From Chloroflexota bacterium (GTDB lineage Bacteria; Chloroflexota; UBA11872; VXOZ01): 64,000 bases of DNA. The position numbers and the translations under genes are program-made. Each line of letters starts with the position of its first letter. Positions within the stretch are counted from its first letter, which is position 1. Below the pieces are notes generated by a model. The model was not told the origin of the DNA. It saw only the letters and a program-made list of their open reading frames with translations, and ran no database searches. Positions 60,271 to 64,000 of this stretch are shown in pieces. The DNA lies in the NCBI GenBank assembly GCA_963662335.2, contig CAXXVD010000003.1, forward strand, positions 128,001 to 192,000. The letters run 5' to 3'.

Positions 60271-61776
60271 TTACACGGTCACCCAGACCGGCGTGGTCCA
60301 GGCGCACTGGCCGTTGCGGGCGGTGAGGCGCGCGTAGTAGTAGTCGGTGGGGCGTTCCGGCGCGGTGTCATCTACGGTGGCGCCAAAGGTGTAGTCCTGC
60401 GCGGGCACGGCGCGGTGGATGCGCACGGCGGGACTGCGAAAGCCGTCGCTAAGGTGGGCGCGCGTGCCGGTGAGCAGGTCGTGGAGCGTGTGCGCGGCAG
60501 TGTAGCCGTTGGCCGTGAGCGTCAGCGTGGCGCCGACCGGCATCTCCACGTGCAGGATGAGCCCCTGGGTGGTGGGGTGGCGGGTAGTCACGTTGCCGCG
60601 CGTTACCGAACGCCACGCCACGTGTTGCGCCGATTGTTCGGTCACGGCATGGGGTATGGTCTCGGCCACGCCCTCCACCTGCTCGTGGCGCAGCACCGGG
60701 TCGCCGCGGAAACAGGTCTCGCAGTCCAGAATTGCGCCGTCGTCCACGCGCACCGCCATTTCCCAGTTTGCGTCCCGGTCAACCGCGGACCAGCCCCATT
60801 CGACGTGAATCTTGGCGCGCAGGCGGCGGCCCTTGTCCGGCAGAACGTAGCTGGGCAACGGCGCCCACCGCCGCCAGACCCGGCTATTCTTGATGATCTC
60901 GATCGTATCCCAGAAGTCCGCGCCCTCGGCGCTGACGCTGATTTGCCGCCGGTCGCCGTGGGTCTCGCCGCCCAGCATAGCCTCATTGACGTGGAAGCCG
61001 ACCGCCATCTTATCGCCGGTCACGGCATAGGTGCGGCGGTTCCAGAGCGCGTCCCAAATGGCGTCGCGCGACAATTCGGTGGCATACACGGCCAGCCGGC
61101 CGTCGCCGTACGAGCCCGGATAGCCGGAGTGCTGGTCGGTGGAAGCCACGATGCCGAAGCGGTGCCCGCGCTCGAGCCCGGCCTGGATCGTGCTGTCGTG
61201 GTCGCGGGGGCCCATGGTGTTGAGCATGGGATAGGGCGCTTCGTCGCTTTCCGAACAGCCGTGCATGGAGTAGGTCTCGACGATGGGCGAGTGCGTGGGG
61301 TCGTAGGCGTCCCAGTTGATGCCGCGCCCGCCCAGCGGATAGCCGATGTGATGCGGTTCGAGGATGAACGGCTGGCCCGTTTCTATGAGACTCTGCCGCA
61401 GTTCCGCCAGCGTTGCGCCGCCCAGCAGCGGCCCGCGCGTGCCCTTGTAGAGCACGTGGTGGTCGCCGTACGCCCGCGAGTGCCACTCGTAGCTGAGAAA
61501 CGGGATGAAGCCCGCGCCGTCGTCGAACGACGCGAACGTATCCTGCACCGTGTCCCAGTTCCTGTGCAGTTTGGCGAACCCCTCCTGGTGGTAATCGATG
61601 ATCGCGGCGAACTTCTCCCGGTCCGTCGGAATGTCCGGCCAGAAGGCGTGGCCGGTGACGGAGGCGAAGTCAAGCTGCTGCCGCGCCAGCGTCAAGGCCC
61701 GCTCCAAACTGCCGTGCCCGTAGCTGATGCCGCAGTGGTTGTGGATGTCGCCCCAGAAAAGTTGATACCGCATCAT
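60271..61776 (-). CDS. DUF3604/PHP-like metallohydrolase
   Basis: WGDIHNH, LDFASVTGH, YEW, PHH, E.YSMHG, ASTDQH and RRTYAVTG motifs. Confidence 0.8.
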   Translation of the reverse strand: MMRYQLFWGDIHNHCGISYGHGSLERALTLARQQLDFASVTGHAFWPDIPTDREKFAAIIDYHQEGFAKLHRNWDTVQDTFASFDDGAGFIPFLSYEWHSRAYGDHHVLYKGTRGPLLGGATLAELRQSLIETGQPFILEPHHIGYPLGGRGINWDAYDPTHSPIVETYSMHGCSESDEAPYPMLNTMGPRDHDSTIQAGLERGHRFGIVASTDQHSGYPGSYGDGRLAVYATELSRDAIWDALWNRRTYAVTGDKMAVGFHVNEAMLGGETHGDRRQISVSAEGADFWDTIEIIKNSRVWRRWAPLPSYVLPDKGRRLRAKIHVEWGWSAVDRDANWEMAVRVDDGAILDCETCFRGDPVLRHEQVEGVAETIPHAVTEQSAQHVAWRSVTRGNVTTRHPTTQGLILHVEMPVGATLTLTANGYTAAHTLHDLLTGTRAHLSDGFRSPAVRIHRAVPAQDYTFGATVDDTAPERPTDYYYARLTARNGQCAWTTPVWVTV

Positions 61777-61915
61777 GGAATCCTCGCAATTCTGTTGGCG
61801 GGGGACTGTGGCCGTCCAGCCGGCGCCCCGCGAATCCTCTGCCGCGTGCGGGCGCGGATGGCGGCGGCGTGGCTTGTGTGGCAAGAGAGCGCGGGAATCA
61901 CGCCGGAGGCTGCGC

Positions 61916-62269
61916 CTATTCCGCTGGCCGAGCAGCGCGCTCTGCCGCGCTCACCGGTTCTGTCGCGCCGAGGTCGATCCAAACAACGTCGCGCTCGATG
62001 GCGCGGCGGAAGCGCGGCCGCAGGGTATCCAGCATCAGCACGTCCACGTGGCAGCCGAACTGGGCTTCCAAGTAGTCGATGACGGCAAAGTACTCCCGCA
62101 CAGTCTGATGCTCCGGCGGCAGGTCGATGACCACGTCGAGGTCGCTGGCGGCTTGCGCTTCGTTGCGGGCCACCGAGCCGATGAGGCCGATGGCCTTGAC
62201 GCCGAGCGCGGTTATGTCGTCTCGATGCGCCGTAAGCGTCTGAATTGCTTCACTTCTCGTCCAAGGCAT
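61916..62269 (-). CDS. Minimal nucleotidyltransferase (MNT antitoxin)
   Basis: IGSVARNE, SDLDV and HVDV motifs. Confidence 0.88.
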   Translation of the reverse strand: MPWTRSEAIQTLTAHRDDITALGVKAIGLIGSVARNEAQAASDLDVVIDLPPEHQTVREYFAVIDYLEAQFGCHVDVLMLDTLRPRFRRAIERDVVWIDLGATEPVSAAERAARPAE

Positions 62270-62300
62270 AGGACTTCACCCCGCAGATCTTGCCAAGATG

Positions 62301-62639
62301 TCAGCTCTTGCCTGCTATTTGTTCCAGGGATTTAAGCAGTTCTGAAACATCAATGGTAGCCATATCCCAAACCACCCTATTTGCAACGGTCCAGTAATGG
62401 TGCGCGAGCCTATCTCGCATGCGCGCTAACGCCGACCAGTCAATATGAGGGGCAGCGGATTTTGTTTCCCCAGAGAGTGCCTTAGACGCTTCTCCAAGCA
62501 GGAATAAGGCGTGAGTAACGGCAAATTGCTTCTCCTGGTCGGTAGCATACGACTCGTAGTCGGAGCTTCCGATGAAGCGCCGAATAGCATGGCATAAGTC
62601 TATCATATCTTCGATGCGTTCCCGTTCAGTTCGGCTCAT
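62301..62639 (-). CDS. DUF86/HepT HEPN ribonuclease toxin
   Basis: LGEASK, PHIDW and MRDRLAHHY (Rx4HxY). Confidence 0.9.
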   Translation of the reverse strand: MSRTERERIEDMIDLCHAIRRFIGSSDYESYATDQEKQFAVTHALFLLGEASKALSGETKSAAPHIDWSALARMRDRLAHHYWTVANRVVWDMATIDVSELLKSLEQIAGKS

Positions 62640-62771
62640 GGCACTCTCCGTGATCTGGAAGCCGTTACGCATAGTCTCGCCGGCCGCATTGGCTTAAATG
62701 TCCCACGCCTGCGCCCCGCGTGCTACAATTGGCGCGGCATTCAGTGACAGTGTACGGCACGGAGCGCACCG

Positions 62772-63125
62772 ATGGCGGATACTGACAGTCCCGAAAAGTC
62801 GCCGGCGGAGCCGGACAACACCGATAACTCGCCGGCGGAGCCGGATAGCGCCAACAAGACACCGGCGGCGGAAAACCGGGAAGAGACCCTGGCGTTATTT
62901 ACGGAGGCGGGCTTTACCGAGCCTCAGGCGCAGGCCTTAGTCGACGTCATGGAAGAGGCGCGGCGCCAGACCGTCACCCAGAACGACCTGCAAGCGCTGG
63001 AACTGCGCATCGAGCGGCGGCTGCAACGCCAAACGAGCATGCTCATCCTGCTGCACCTGATGCTCGGCGGCCTGGTGATTCTGGTGGGTGTGCTCGTGAT
63101 CGCCATCCTCGCGTTGATCGTCTGA
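62772..63125 (+). CDS. DUF1640/CCDC90-like coiled-coil protein with C-terminal TM
   Basis: AGFTEPQAQALV, VTQNDLQALE, hydrophobic C-terminus. Confidence 0.65.
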   Translation: MADTDSPEKSPAEPDNTDNSPAEPDSANKTPAAENREETLALFTEAGFTEPQAQALVDVMEEARRQTVTQNDLQALELRIERRLQRQTSMLILLHLMLGGLVILVGVLVIAILALIV

Positions 63126-63175
63126 CCGGCCTGCGCCATCTCCCCGCGCCTTGCCGCCATTCCCGCAAAAGTGAT

Positions 63176-63233
63176 GCGCCGCCCGTCGGTGTAGGGGCAC
63201 GACATGTCGTGCCCCTACACCGACGGGCGGCGC
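63176..63233. repeat. 58-bp perfect palindrome centred on a family B REP
   Basis: GCGCCGCCCGTCGGTGTAGGGGCACGACA followed directly by its exact reverse complement. Confidence 0.9.
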
Positions 63234-63258
63234 GCCAAAACCGGCAGGGGACAAACCC

Positions 63259-63421
63259 CAAGGCTAGCGCACTTAACCCATTGGCGATAGGAGCCACGCC
63301 CCTACATCTCCGGCAGCGCAGGTTTGTAACCTGCGAGGCTTTGGCGTCAATCCTTTGCGTGTGCTTTTCTCTTGCTCCGGCGGGGGACAAGCCCCCGCGC
63401 TACGCGAACGCGGCGCCATGC
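63259..63421 (+). mobile_element. MITE family 1, degenerate copy
   Basis: Left flank GGGACAAACCC, decayed TIRs, both internal hairpins at the same offsets as in other copies. Confidence 0.65.
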
Positions 63422-63447
63422 GCGGCGGAAGCGCCCGCACTGCGCCC

Positions 63448-63560
63448 TAGATTCCTCGCTGCGCTCGGAATGACACGAGTAAGAAACGTGCTCGGAATGA
63501 CACGAGTAAGAGAGGTGCTCGGAATTACTCGAATATGAGCCGTGCTCGGAGTGACACCAC
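63448..63560. repeat. Family C right arm followed by four 27-bp-period reiterations
   Basis: GCTCGGA(A/G)T(G/T)AC at 63463, 63490, 63517 and 63544. Confidence 0.8.
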
Positions 63561-63636
63561 GAGGAATCACGCGAAGAGCCTACGCAAGCGCGCGGGGAAA
63601 ATGGACGGCGATTCCTGAGGCGCGCTTTGCCCCGGT

Positions 63637-64000
63637 TCATACCGCCGCCGGGACACGGGCGCTTGCGAAGATTTCCTCCAGCCGCGTGATCACCGCCGGC
63701 GCCTCGCTCAGGCGCAGTTCGACGGGATCGATATAGAAGAAGCCCTCGTCGACGTGGTGGGCGCGCGGGTGGATCGAGGGCGTGCCCGCTTTCAGCGCGT
63801 CGCAGACTTCCTCAGCCGTCGTGCCGGTCACGTCCGGGTCGACGATGAGCTTAGCGCGGGTCTGCGGATTGCCGGTAATGTCCGGTTCGGATATTGCCGT
63901 CACGCCCGGCACGCCGGCCATGGCCGCCACCACCATATCGGTCTTCTCGTCCATGCCGGCGGCGTAGGCGTCGCGGTCGAACGTCCGCAGCCACTCCATG
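63637..64000 (-). CDS. C-terminus of a SelA/DgaE-like PLP enzyme (truncated by the window end)
   Basis: PDITGNP...LKAGTPSIHPRAHHVDEGFFYIDP pattern. Confidence 0.55.
   Translation of the reverse strand, partial: MEWLRTFDRDAYAAGMDEKTDMVVAAMAGVPGVTAISEPDITGNPQTRAKLIVDPDVTGTTAEEVCDALKAGTPSIHPRAHHVDEGFFYIDPVELRLSEAPAVITRLEEIFASARVPAAV

Overview
High-GC bacterial chromosomal segment. Gene content and order suggest a Chloroflexota-like, possibly host-associated organism (inference only). About 57 protein genes and two tRNA-Ser genes are supported. It has a housekeeping core (plsC, ispH, der, plsY, recX, pyrF, rmuC), many sugar-acid, organosulfur and redox catabolic genes, and a MacAB-type ABC exporter. 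Scattered AT-richer defence or accessory islets include a Fic gene, two type II RM pairs, a reversed-order HEPN-MNT pair and a frameshifted GIY-YIG-like gene. There is also a four-gene tandem array of Uma2 nucleases with one hypervariable helix, a 26-repeat PQQ-type beta-propeller lipoprotein and a secreted protein built from PW..DG repeats. The most striking non-coding signal is a nested set of palindromic repeats. At least five REP-like families occur, plus two MITE families. A ~163-bp MITE (5 copies, 17-bp TIRs, 11-bp TSD) inserts into a GTAG-REP hairpin and carries an intact copy of that same target. A second MITE (9-bp TSD) inserts into a different hairpin family and carries a third. No transposase, RAYT, integrase or CRISPR-Cas gene is visible in the window. 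All functional calls come from motif recognition by eye, not from database searches.
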